Of a stretch of 64,000 nt of DNA, positions 33,969-43,176 are shown one piece after another (the stretch's first letter is position 1; every line of letters begins with the position of its first letter). Below the pieces are notes generated by a model. The model worked only from the letters and a program-made list of their open reading frames with translations, made no database searches and was not told where the DNA came from. A program made the position numbers and the translations under genes. Origin of the DNA: an uncultured Massilia sp. (lineage in GTDB: Bacteria > Pseudomonadota > Gammaproteobacteria > Burkholderiales > Burkholderiaceae_D); contig CBIHLT010000003.1 of the NCBI GenBank assembly GCA_966210615.1, forward strand, positions 9-64,008. The letters run 5' to 3'.

Positions 33969-35819
33969 ATGAGACAGCTCTTCGCTACCCTCCTTCTCGG
34001 CGCTTCCTTTGCCGCCCACGCCCAGTCCCCCGCCATCGACCGCATGGAACCGCCTTTCTGGTGGGCCGGCATGCAAGGCAAGCAGCTGCAGCTGATGGTC
34101 CACGGCGAGCGCATCGCCGAGCTCGAGCCCGCCCTCTCCTACCCGGGCGTGCGCATCGCTTCAGTGACCCGGGTGCCGAACCGGAACTACCTGTTCATCG
34201 ACCTGGTGGTGGACGAGAGCGCCCGTCCCGGCAGCTTCGACATCCGCTTCAGCGGCGCCGGCCGCACGGCCAGCCATGCCTACCGCCTGCTGGCGCGCGA
34301 GCCGGGCTCGCGCACCCGCCAGGGCTTCAGCAGCAAGGATGCGATCTACCAGGTGATGCCGGACCGCTTCGCCAACGGCGACCCGTCCAACGACAGCGTG
34401 GCCGGCATGGCCGACAAGCTGGACCGCAAGAACGGCGGCGGACGCCACGGCGGCGACATCGCGGGCATGATTGGCAAACTGGATTACATCGCCGGCCTCG
34501 GCTTCACCCAGCTGTGGCCGACGCCCCTGGTCGAGAACGACATGCCGGCCTACTCCTACCACGGCTATGCGGCCACCGACCACTACCGCATCGACCCGCG
34601 CTACGGCAGCAACGAGGACTTCGTGCGCCTGTCGCGCGAGGCGAAGCGGCGCGGCATCGGCCTGATCCAGGACGTGGTGCTGTCCCACATCGGCAGCCAC
34701 CACTGGTGGATGAAGGACCTGCCGACGCCGGACTGGGTCAACTACGGCGGCAAGTTCGTGCCCACCGCCCACCACCGCACAGCGGTGCAGGACCCTTACG
34801 CCTCGAAGGAGGATGCGGACAACTTCACGCGCGGCTGGTTCGTCGAGAGCATGCCGGACCTGAACCAGTCGAATCCCCTGGTGGCCAACTACCTCATCCA
34901 GAACAACATCTGGTGGATCGAGTACGCCGGCTTGTCCGGCCTGCGCATCGACACCTTCGGCTATTCCGACAGCGCCTTCCTGAGCGAGTACACCAAGCGC
35001 CTGATGGCCGAATACCCGAACCTGAACCTGGTGGGCGAGGAATGGAGTACCAAGGTGCCGGTGGTGGCGCGCTGGCAGCGCGGCAAGGCCAACTTCGACG
35101 GCTATACCGCCTCCACCCCCAGCCTGATGGACTTCCCGGTGGCCGAAGCCATGCGCGGCGCGCTGGCCAGCAAGGACGGCTACAACGTCTTCAACGAGGT
35201 CTACGAGACCGTCTCGCTCGACTACCTGTATCCGGAACCGGGCAACCTGGTCCTGTTCGCCGGCAACCACGACCTGGCGCGCCTGTACAGCGTGGTCGGC
35301 GAAGACCTGGACAAGGTCAGGATGGACCTGGTGTTCACCATGACCATGCCGCGCATCCCGCAGTTCTACAGCGGCGACGAGATCCTGAAGACCAGCGCCA
35401 CCAAGGAGCGCAACGACGCCAGCTACCGCACCGACTTCCCGGGCGGCTGGAAAGGCGACAAGGTCGACGCCTTCGCCGGCCAGGGCCTGACGCCGCGCCA
35501 GCGCGAGGCGCAGGACTTCGTGCGCAAGCTGGTCAACTGGCGCAAGGGCCAGCCAGTGATCCATCACGGGAAGATGATGCACTACGGCCCGCGCGACAAC
35601 ACCTGGGTCTACTTCCGCTACGACGGCAGCAAGAAGGTGCTGGTCGCCTTCAACAACAACCCGAAGGAGATGGCGCTCGGCGTGGACCGCTTCCGCGAGA
35701 TGCTGGGCGGCGTGGCCTCGGGCACGGACGTCCTGACGGGCAAGACCTACGACCTGCGCAACGAACTGCGCCTGCCGGCCCGCGCGGCCGTGATCCTCGA
35801 ACTGAAAGGTGCGCCATGA
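33969..35819 (+). CDS. Exported GH13 cyclomaltodextrinase/neopullulanase (SusA-like)
   Basis: Signal peptide, IDRMEPPFWW N-domain, YQVMPDRFANGD, YHGYA, GLRIDT, VGEEW, NHD. Confidence 0.93.
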   Translation: MRQLFATLLLGASFAAHAQSPAIDRMEPPFWWAGMQGKQLQLMVHGERIAELEPALSYPGVRIASVTRVPNRNYLFIDLVVDESARPGSFDIRFSGAGRTASHAYRLLAREPGSRTRQGFSSKDAIYQVMPDRFANGDPSNDSVAGMADKLDRKNGGGRHGGDIAGMIGKLDYIAGLGFTQLWPTPLVENDMPAYSYHGYAATDHYRIDPRYGSNEDFVRLSREAKRRGIGLIQDVVLSHIGSHHWWMKDLPTPDWVNYGGKFVPTAHHRTAVQDPYASKEDADNFTRGWFVESMPDLNQSNPLVANYLIQNNIWWIEYAGLSGLRIDTFGYSDSAFLSEYTKRLMAEYPNLNLVGEEWSTKVPVVARWQRGKANFDGYTASTPSLMDFPVAEAMRGALASKDGYNVFNEVYETVSLDYLYPEPGNLVLFAGNHDLARLYSVVGEDLDKVRMDLVFTMTMPRIPQFYSGDEILKTSATKERNDASYRTDFPGGWKGDKVDAFAGQGLTPRQREAQDFVRKLVNWRKGQPVIHHGKMMHYGPRDNTWVYFRYDGSKKVLVAFNNNPKEMALGVDRFREMLGGVASGTDVLTGKTYDLRNELRLPARAAVILELKGAP

Positions 35820-38707
35820 AACGCCGCGTCTTGTCGCTTGCCGCCCTGCTTGCCTGCGGCGCCGCCTTCGCCCAGGCCGACGCGCCGCGCGAACTGTACG
35901 TGCGCGGCGCCTTCAACGGCTGGGGCACGGACAACGCCCTGGTCCACAAGGGCCAGGGGATCTACCAGGCCGACATCCTGGTCAGCCCCGGCAACCACGC
36001 CTTCAAGGTCGGCAGCGGCGACTGGAGCGCCGAATGGGTGGCCGACGCCAACAAGAGCGTGACCGTCGCTCCCGGTACCGCCTACGTGCTGGAGACCCAG
36101 CCGGGCCCAGAGGACTACCTGTTCGTGCGCCGGACCGGCACCTACCGCTTCACCGTCGACGCCTCCGACGCGAAAGCGCCGAAACTGCGCGTCGAGCGCC
36201 TCGAGACCGCACAGGCGGGCCCGCTGGCCGATCCGCACGCGGGCCGCGAAGCCGTGGCGGCGCTCACCTGGCCGACCTGGGACGGCAAGCAGGAAAGCGC
36301 CCGCTTCTCCACGCCGGATGCCAGCGCGCCGCTGCGCCGCTACGCCCACTCGACCACCATGAGCCTGCGCGACCCGGGTCCACAATTTACCGAATACAGC
36401 GAACAGCCCGGCCTGCCGCGCGTGCGCACCGGGAACCTGGCCTTCGACGCCCTGTTCGCGCTGGCCGGCGCCGAGATGCGCCTGGATTCGGTCAGCCAGA
36501 TCAAGGACGGCAACTACAACGGCGGCGCCCCTGTCCCCTGCGAATGCTTCGAGACCGGCGAGAAATGGCATTACGTGTGGACGCGCGACCTCTCGTATGC
36601 GGCCGACCTGGGCCTGGCCCTGCTCGATCCGCAGCGGGTGCGCAACTCGCTCGACTTCAAGCTCTCGGGCTGGCGCGCCGGCGTACCGAAGGCGCCGCAG
36701 GTGGCCGGCAGCCCGGATGGGCTGCAGATCGTGCAGGACACCGGCAGCGGCGGCAGCTGGCCGGTCAGCACCGACCGCGTCACCTGGGCCTTCGCGGCCG
36801 AGGAAGTGCTGCGCACCTTGCCCGCCGCCGAGCGCCCGGCCTTCGCCGCGAAGGCCCTCAAGGCCCTGGTCAACACCCTGGAGAACGACCGCCTGGCCGC
36901 ATTCGACGCGTCCACCGGCCTGTACACGGGCGAACAGTCCTTCCTCGACTGGCGCGACCAAAGCTATGCCTCGTGGATCCCGGGCGACCTCGCCTCCATG
37001 GCCAGCAGTAAGGCCTTGTCGACCAATGTCGGCCACTACCAGGCGCTGCGCCTGGCCGCGCGCCTGGCGCGCGAGCACCAGGACGCGCCGCGCGGCCAGC
37101 GCTACGACGGCTGGGCCGACGCGCTTCATCGCGCCATCAACGAGCGCCTGTGGCTGGAAGACGCAGGCATGTACAGCAGCCTCACTGCCGCCCACTTCGA
37201 CGGCGCGCCGATGCACAAGTTCGACTGGCTCGGCCAGGCGCTGGCCATCGTCAGCGGCGTGGCGGACGGCGCCCGCGCGCAATCGATCCTGGCGCGCTAT
37301 CCGCACGGCCCGATGGGCGCGCCCGTGATCTGGCCCCAGCAGCAGGGCATGCCGGTCTACCACAACCGCGCGCTGTGGCCCTTCGTGACGGCCTACGGCC
37401 TGCGTGCGGCGGTCCGGGGCGGCAATGCGCCGGTGGCCGACGCCGCCTACGATTCCCTGATGCGCGGCGCGGCCCTGAACATGTCGAACATGGAGAACCT
37501 GGAATGGCTCTCCGGCCAGCCGCTGCTGCTGGACGAGAAGAATCCCTCCCTGATCGGGCCGGTCATCAACTCGCGGCGCCAGCTGTGGTCCGTGGGCGCC
37601 TACCTGGGCATGGTGGTGCAGAACGTGTTCGGCGTGGCGGCCACGGACGAAGGCATCGAACTGAAGCCCTTCGTCACCGCCAAGCTGCGCCGCGAGATGT
37701 TCGGCGCCTCCCACGAGATCGCCCTGCACGAGCTGCGCCTGCACGGCCGCCGCATCGACGTGCGCCTGCAGCTGCCGCCCGCGAGCCGCGAGGACGGCCA
37801 CTACGCGGTCGAGCGCATCCTGGTGAACGGCAGGCCGGCTTCCGGCGCGCTGCGCCTGGCGGAGCTGAAGGACAGCAACCAGATCGAGATCGTACTGGGC
37901 AAGCTGCTGCCGGGCCAGGGCGGCATCCGCCGCGTGAATGCCGATCCGTATGCGGAAACCAGCGCCACCTTCGCGCCCAAGGATCCGGTCATCACTTCGC
38001 TGCACAGCAAGAACGGCCGCGTGAGCTTGCGCTTCGAGGGCAGCGGCGAGGCCCGCTACAACATCTACCGCGACGGCAAGCTGGCCGCGAGCGGCCTGCC
38101 GGCCGGCAGCTGGACGGACCCGCACGCCGGCGCCACGTCCTGCTATGCGGTCGAAGCGCGCTTTGCCGACTCGGGCAATGCCAGCCACCACAGCGTGCCG
38201 CGCTGCGCCGATCCCGGCATCGAGATCAGCGTACCGGATGCGCGCATCCAGTCCAACCTGAAAGCCAGTGCGCCGAACGCGCGCTTCGCCGCCCCGCACC
38301 TGGCGAACTGGGGCCAGCCGGGCGACCGCTTCGCCGTCGACCGCATCGAGGTGAGCCGGCCGGGCCTGTACCAGGTCCAGCTGCGCTACCACAACGCGGC
38401 CAACCAGGTGAACCTGGGCATCAGCGGCGGGGTGAAGTGGCTGGCGGTCAAGGATGCGCGCGGCAAGCTCGTCGCCCAGGGCGTGGTCCAGCTGCCGCAT
38501 GCACCGCTGGCCAAGGCGGATACGCCGACGGTGTATTCGACGCCGCTGGCGGCACGACTGCGCAAGGGCAGCTACCGCGCCGAGCTCAGCGACTTCTACA
38601 ACATGAGCTATTTGGAGAGCAACAGCAGCTTCAGCGCGGCGGGCGGCGCGCAAGGGCCGTCCAACCGCTTCGACATCTACGGGCTGCGCCTGGTCCGGGT
38701 CAAATAG
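35816..38707 (+). CDS. Exported six-hairpin (alpha/alpha)6 glycosidase-like protein with an N-terminal starch-binding-like module and a C-terminal beta-sandwich
   Basis: Start ATG 35816 overlaps the upstream stop (ATGA). Signal peptide, LYVRGAFNGW...FKV...DW module, WTRDLSY, WPVSTDR, YHNRALWPF, QLWS. Confidence 0.8.
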   Translation: MKRRVLSLAALLACGAAFAQADAPRELYVRGAFNGWGTDNALVHKGQGIYQADILVSPGNHAFKVGSGDWSAEWVADANKSVTVAPGTAYVLETQPGPEDYLFVRRTGTYRFTVDASDAKAPKLRVERLETAQAGPLADPHAGREAVAALTWPTWDGKQESARFSTPDASAPLRRYAHSTTMSLRDPGPQFTEYSEQPGLPRVRTGNLAFDALFALAGAEMRLDSVSQIKDGNYNGGAPVPCECFETGEKWHYVWTRDLSYAADLGLALLDPQRVRNSLDFKLSGWRAGVPKAPQVAGSPDGLQIVQDTGSGGSWPVSTDRVTWAFAAEEVLRTLPAAERPAFAAKALKALVNTLENDRLAAFDASTGLYTGEQSFLDWRDQSYASWIPGDLASMASSKALSTNVGHYQALRLAARLAREHQDAPRGQRYDGWADALHRAINERLWLEDAGMYSSLTAAHFDGAPMHKFDWLGQALAIVSGVADGARAQSILARYPHGPMGAPVIWPQQQGMPVYHNRALWPFVTAYGLRAAVRGGNAPVADAAYDSLMRGAALNMSNMENLEWLSGQPLLLDEKNPSLIGPVINSRRQLWSVGAYLGMVVQNVFGVAATDEGIELKPFVTAKLRREMFGASHEIALHELRLHGRRIDVRLQLPPASREDGHYAVERILVNGRPASGALRLAELKDSNQIEIVLGKLLPGQGGIRRVNADPYAETSATFAPKDPVITSLHSKNGRVSLRFEGSGEARYNIYRDGKLAASGLPAGSWTDPHAGATSCYAVEARFADSGNASHHSVPRCADPGIEISVPDARIQSNLKASAPNARFAAPHLANWGQPGDRFAVDRIEVSRPGLYQVQLRYHNAANQVNLGISGGVKWLAVKDARGKLVAQGVVQLPHAPLAKADTPTVYSTPLAARLRKGSYRAELSDFYNMSYLESNSSFSAAGGAQGPSNRFDIYGLRLVRVK

Positions 38708-39683
38708 TTGCTGCTTCACCCGCCACGGGACGCGTCGCCGCGCGCGACCGTCCCGGCACCAGCAGGGCCAGCTTGCCTTCGACGGCCCGGAACTCAAGCG
38801 GCATCGGCATTTTCGTCACCTCGCCGTCGGTCGCCACCTTCATGCGCTTGCGCCCGTACAGGCGCGGCGTACGCACGCTCATGCGCTTGAAGGCAAAGGC
38901 CACCACGTCGCCGCTGCCCAGCTTGCCGAATACGCCGCGGATCAGGAGCGCCAGCAGCCCCAGCTTGCCCATCGGCTTGGGCGCCAGCGCCACCAATTGC
39001 CCCTCCTCCACCGCTTCGGTCAATCCTTCCATGCCCACCTGTTCCAGCTGCAGGCGGTTATTGCCCACGAACAGGGTCGTGGTGCGCAGGCGCCTGACCT
39101 GCCCGTCCAGCTCCAGTTCGATGCGCAGGTGGCGGTGCGGGCGCAGCGCGGTCTTGATGGCCGAAAAGAAGGCGACGACCCGGCTGCGGCCGAACTGGCG
39201 CTTGTCGTGCTCGCGTTCTTCCAGCAGCTTGGGGTACAGCCCGACGCTGGCGTTGACGAGGAAGATCTTGTTGTTGACCACGCCGATCTGCACCGGTTCC
39301 ACTTTCGCCCGCAGCAGCGCATAGACGGCTTCGGCCAGGTCTTCCGGAATGCCATGGGTGCGGCCGAAATAGTTGAAGGTACCCTGCGGCAGCACGCCGA
39401 AAGGACAGCCCGCCAGCACCGCTTCGTGGGCCACCGTGTTGATGGTGCCGTCGCCGCCGGCCGCCACCAGGATGCCGCCCGCAGACTGGGCCCGCGCCGC
39501 CATGCCGCGCGCGATGTCCTGCAGGCGCTCGGGCTCGTCGACCACTTCCAGGTGGCAGAGGCGCCTGGCGCCGCGGATCACGTCCTCGATCGTCGAACGG
39601 CGCAGCTCGGTTTCGGAATGGCCCGAACCGGCATTGAGGACGATAAAGAAAGGCGCGTTGGGAGCGGGCTCGGCGATCGGCAT
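38700..39683 (-). CDS. Diacylglycerol/lipid kinase family protein
   Basis: VLNAGSG, AAGGDGTIN, LPQGTFNYF, NNASVG, ATDGE. Confidence 0.88.
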   Translation of the reverse strand: MPIAEPAPNAPFFIVLNAGSGHSETELRRSTIEDVIRGARRLCHLEVVDEPERLQDIARGMAARAQSAGGILVAAGGDGTINTVAHEAVLAGCPFGVLPQGTFNYFGRTHGIPEDLAEAVYALLRAKVEPVQIGVVNNKIFLVNASVGLYPKLLEEREHDKRQFGRSRVVAFFSAIKTALRPHRHLRIELELDGQVRRLRTTTLFVGNNRLQLEQVGMEGLTEAVEEGQLVALAPKPMGKLGLLALLIRGVFGKLGSGDVVAFAFKRMSVRTPRLYGRKRMKVATDGEVTKMPMPLEFRAVEGKLALLVPGRSRAATRPVAGEAATI

Positions 39684-39756
39684 CGGTTCCTGGGTGTGCG
39701 ATGGTGGGCGACAGCGCCATCCTAACATCGCCACCCCCGGTGCCGTCGCAGCCCTC

Positions 39757-40281
39757 TTATCCGTCCAGCGGCGCCAGGTGGGCCAGGTAGACGTTGACGG
39801 CGGGCTCCTCCGGGACCAGGCTGGCCTGGCGCTCGAAGCGCAGGCCGAGCTTGAGCAGCAGCCCGATCGAGGCGATGTTGCCCGGCGAGGTAATCGCCAC
39901 CAGGCGCCGGAGGCCGAGCGCGCGCGCATGCCGCACCACGCCATGGCCAGCCTCCAGGGCATAGCCCTGGCCGCGCCAGCGCGGCAGGAAGGCATAGCCG
40001 ATGTCGACGTCGTCCAGGCTGTCGCGCTTGATCAGGCCGCTCAGCCCGACCGGCGTCCCGTCTTCGAGGCGCTCCACCACATAGAGCGAATGGCCGCGCA
40101 GCGCGTGCATGGCCAGCGGCCCGTCGCGCAAGGCGCGCCGGGCATCCTCCACGGTGCGCAGGCCGCGGTCGCCGATGTGCTCGATGAAATCGGGATCGTT
40201 GACCAGTTCCAGGTAAAAATTCGCGTCTTCTTCCTGCACGGTGCGCAGGCGCAGGCGTTCGGTGCGCAGGATCTCCATCAT
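39757..40281 (-). CDS. GNAT N-acetyltransferase (RimJ/RimL type)
   Basis: LRTERLRLR...DIGYAFLP.WRGQGYA.EA...N.ASI.LL.KLG; translationally coupled to the upstream GNAT gene. Confidence 0.9.
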   Translation of the reverse strand: MMEILRTERLRLRTVQEEDANFYLELVNDPDFIEHIGDRGLRTVEDARRALRDGPLAMHALRGHSLYVVERLEDGTPVGLSGLIKRDSLDDVDIGYAFLPRWRGQGYALEAGHGVVRHARALGLRRLVAITSPGNIASIGLLLKLGLRFERQASLVPEEPAVNVYLAHLAPLDG

Positions 40282-40805
40282 TCGTCCGCCGTCGGCCAGT
40301 GCTCCGGGTCTTGCAGCAGCTGGTACATCACGTAGGCATCGACATAGCCCAGCCGTTTGTGGCGGAAGGCCTTGGGCAGGGTGCCGACGATCGAGAACCC
40401 CAGGCGCTTCCACAGCCGGATGGCGGCGGTATTCGTGCTCACCACATGGTTGAACTGCATCGCCAGGTAGCCCTGGCGGCGCGCCTCGTCCAGGCTGTGC
40501 TGGCCCAGCATGCGCCCCACGCCGACGCCTTGCGCCGACGGGCTCACCATGTAGGAGGCATTGGCCACGTGATGGCCGCGCCCCACCTGGTTCGGCACCA
40601 GCCGGTACATGCCCAGCAGCCGGGTATTGTTGAGGGACGCCACATAGCTCTGCACGCCCGGCCCCAGCCAGTAGCTGTGGCCGGCTTCGCGCGAGGTCGC
40701 GGTTGTAAATGTATAGGTCTCACCTTGGGCGACGTGGGCGCAGAAGATGCTCCACATCGCCTCGAAGTCGGCTTCTTGGGCAGGACGGATCTGGATGTCT
40801 TTCAC
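40278..40805 (-). CDS. GNAT N-acetyltransferase
   Basis: GTG start; ANASYMV...QGVGVGR.L...MQFN.VVSTN..AI.LW..LGF...GTLP.AF.H. Confidence 0.88.
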   Translation of the reverse strand: MKDIQIRPAQEADFEAMWSIFCAHVAQGETYTFTTATSREAGHSYWLGPGVQSYVASLNNTRLLGMYRLVPNQVGRGHHVANASYMVSPSAQGVGVGRMLGQHSLDEARRQGYLAMQFNHVVSTNTAAIRLWKRLGFSIVGTLPKAFRHKRLGYVDAYVMYQLLQDPEHWPTADE

Positions 40806-40867
40806 GGCAGTCAGGAGAGGTGTGCGAACAATAAAGCCGCCTATTCTGCCCCAAACTGCCGGGAATT

Positions 40868-42160
40868 TCACGTATCGTGCGCAGATTGGGATTCCTGGCG
40901 GAAATCGACAAGCGCTGGCCTTTCCGGCAAGATCAGGCGCGAGTGCGCGCGCGGCCCTTCCGCCACCACCCGGCCGCGCCGCAGCACCAGGCGCCGCGCG
41001 GCCCGCAGCCGGATCGCTTCCACTGTCGACCCCGCATCGAGCACGACCAGGTCCGCATGGCAGCCCGGCGCCAGCCCATAATCCTCCAGGCCCAGAATGC
41101 GGGCGGGGGTCTCGGTCACGGCCAGGAAGCACTGGTGCATGGCCTCCAGCCCCGTCATCTGGGCCACGTGCAGGCCCATGTGGGCCACTTCCAGCATGTC
41201 CCCGGAACCCATGCCGTACCAGGGGTCCAGCACGCAATCATGACCAAAGGCAACATCGACCCCGGCCGCCAGCAGTTCCGGTACCCGCGTCATCCCCCTT
41301 CTTTTGGGATAGGTGTCGTGCCGGCCCTGCAAGGTGATGTTGATGAGCGGATTCGCGATCGCGGCCACGCCGCTTTCCGCGATCAGGGGCAGCAGCTTGC
41401 TCACGTAGTAGTTGTCCATCGAGTGCATCGAGGTCAGGTGCGAGCCGGCCACCCTGCCCTGCAGGCCCAGGCGCTGGGTCTCATGGGCCAGGGTCTCGAT
41501 GTGGCGCGACAGCGGGTCGTCGCTCTCGTCGCAATGCATGTCCACGCGCAGGCCCTGCCCGGCCGCGAATTCGCACAGCAGGCGCACCGATTCGGCGCCC
41601 TGCGCCATGGTGCGCTCGAAGTGCGGGATGCCGCCCACCACGTCCACGCCCATGGCGACGGCGCGGCGCAGGTTGGCGAAGGCGCTGGGGCTGCGCAGCA
41701 CGCCGTCCTGGGGAAAGGCCACCAGTTGCAGGTCGAGGTAGGGCGCCACCCGGCGGCGTACTTCCAGCAGGGCTTCCACCGCCAGCAGGCGGTCGTCGCA
41801 GATGTCGACATGGGTGCGGATCGCCAGCAGGCCGCGCGCCACCGCCCAGTCGCAATAGCGCAGCGCGCGCTCGACCAGCGCGTCCTGGGTCAGCTGGGGC
41901 TTGAGTTCGCCCCACAGCTGGATCCCTTCGAGCAGGGTGCCGCTGCGGTTCACGCGCGGCAGGCCGTAGCTGAGCACGGCGTCCATGTGGAAGTGGGCGT
42001 CCACGAAGGGCGGGCTGACCAGATCGCCTTCGGCATCGATCTCGCTGGCGCCTTTGGCGGGAAGCCGTGCTTCCAGGACGGCGATGCGGCCCTGGTCGAT
42101 GCCGATGTCGATACCGGTCCTACCGTCCGGCAAGGTAGCGTTGCGAATCACGAGATCCAT
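40868..42160 (-). CDS. Cytosine-deaminase-like amidohydrolase
   Basis: PPFVDAHFHMD, FPQDG, GGIPHFE, DMHCDE, GSHL, FGHD. AAGGAG RBS before ATG 42160. Confidence 0.9.
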   Translation of the reverse strand: MDLVIRNATLPDGRTGIDIGIDQGRIAVLEARLPAKGASEIDAEGDLVSPPFVDAHFHMDAVLSYGLPRVNRSGTLLEGIQLWGELKPQLTQDALVERALRYCDWAVARGLLAIRTHVDICDDRLLAVEALLEVRRRVAPYLDLQLVAFPQDGVLRSPSAFANLRRAVAMGVDVVGGIPHFERTMAQGAESVRLLCEFAAGQGLRVDMHCDESDDPLSRHIETLAHETQRLGLQGRVAGSHLTSMHSMDNYYVSKLLPLIAESGVAAIANPLINITLQGRHDTYPKRRGMTRVPELLAAGVDVAFGHDCVLDPWYGMGSGDMLEVAHMGLHVAQMTGLEAMHQCFLAVTETPARILGLEDYGLAPGCHADLVVLDAGSTVEAIRLRAARRLVLRRGRVVAEGPRAHSRLILPERPALVDFRQESQSAHDT

Positions 42161-42253
42161 GGCCACTCCTTCTCTTGGGATAGCCGATTGTAGCGATTTT
42201 GCAGCAGGGCTGACGCCAAATAATGCAATTAGAAAACAATGCCGCGGTGTTAA

Positions 42254-42305
42254 TGCTGCTACGCAATATTACCCAAAACAAATGGCTTGCGATTGTGCGT
42301 TGCAA
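42254..42305. promoter_or_regulatory. PhaR/PhbF-type boxes upstream of the phasin gene
   Basis: TGCTGCTACGCAA (42254-42266) and TTGTGCGTTGCAA (42293-42305) match the TG-N-TGC-N3-GCAA motif recalled for Herbaspirillum PhbF. Confidence 0.6.
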
Positions 42306-42372
42306 CACCGTCAAATCGTGGATACACTAGTTATATTGCAGTGCGCCATAATTTGACCGACAAGGAAATCAC

Positions 42373-43080
42373 ATGACTTCACTTCCCGAGCAACTGACCG
42401 CAGCACGCACCGCCCAGCTGGAGGCGCAATTCGCCCTGTTCCGTTCCGTGACCAGGCAGGCCCTCGACAATGCCAGCCGGGTCCTTGCCCTGAACCTCTC
42501 CACCTCGCGCGATTCGGTCGAGCGCTCCTCGCAAGCCGTGCGCGAGCTGTTCGCCGCCACCAGCCCGCAGGATTTGCCGACACTGCAACTGGCCCTGCGC
42601 AGCCACGCCGAGGAACAGTTCCGCAGCCTGTTCACCTACGGCCGCGAACTGTTCAGCATCGCCAGCGGCGTCCAGGCCCAGGCCCTGCGCGGCGCAGCGG
42701 CTCCCGCCGCGCTGCCTGCGCCTGCGCCGGCAGCCGCTGCCGAGGCGGTCCAGCCGGCAGTCCAGGCCACGCAGGAGGCGGTGCAGGCCGTCGCCGAGAC
42801 CGTCGCCGAACCCGTGAAAGCGGAAACCGGGCAGCTGGCCGCCTACCTCCAGGAACACGTCGAATCGCAGGAACCGGCCGTGGTGGCGGAGACCATCGCC
42901 GTGGTCGAGGAGCCGGCGCCGGTGGCCGAACCCAAGCCGATCGCCAAGGCGGCCGGCAAGGGCGCACCGAAGGCCGCCGTGGTGCCGCATCCGCTGTCCG
43001 CGCCGGTCTCCGCGAGCGACGCCGTCGAGCTGCCGAAGATCGAGCCGGCGCCTGCCCAGGGCGGCAAGCGCCGCAAGTAA
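42373..43080 (+). CDS. Phasin family protein with an Ala/Pro/Lys-rich tail
   Basis: LPEQL.AA..AQLEA.F........A....LNL...R......YGRELFSIAS phasin pattern; PhaR-like boxes upstream. Confidence 0.85.
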   Translation: MTSLPEQLTAARTAQLEAQFALFRSVTRQALDNASRVLALNLSTSRDSVERSSQAVRELFAATSPQDLPTLQLALRSHAEEQFRSLFTYGRELFSIASGVQAQALRGAAAPAALPAPAPAAAAEAVQPAVQATQEAVQAVAETVAEPVKAETGQLAAYLQEHVESQEPAVVAETIAVVEEPAPVAEPKPIAKAAGKGAPKAAVVPHPLSAPVSASDAVELPKIEPAPAQGGKRRK

Positions 43081-43127
43081 AAGCGAACGCGACCGGCGCT
43101 GCAGCGCGCTGGCAAACCGACTACACT

Positions 43128-43155
43128 AGCGGGCTTCGGCCCGCTTTTATTTTTC
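43128..43155 (+). terminator. Terminator after the phasin gene
   Basis: AGCGGGC-TTCG-GCCCGCT then TTTATTTTT. Confidence 0.85.
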
Positions 43156-43176
43156 GGGCAGCAATCAGGAACTACA

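Noticed and set aside
34061-38707. 1548-aa ORF suggesting a giant glycosidase or a frameshift fusion
   Set aside because: The first ~585 codons are an off-frame read of the cyclomaltodextrinase gene. The real protein starts at ATG 35816 with a signal peptide and an ATGA overlap.
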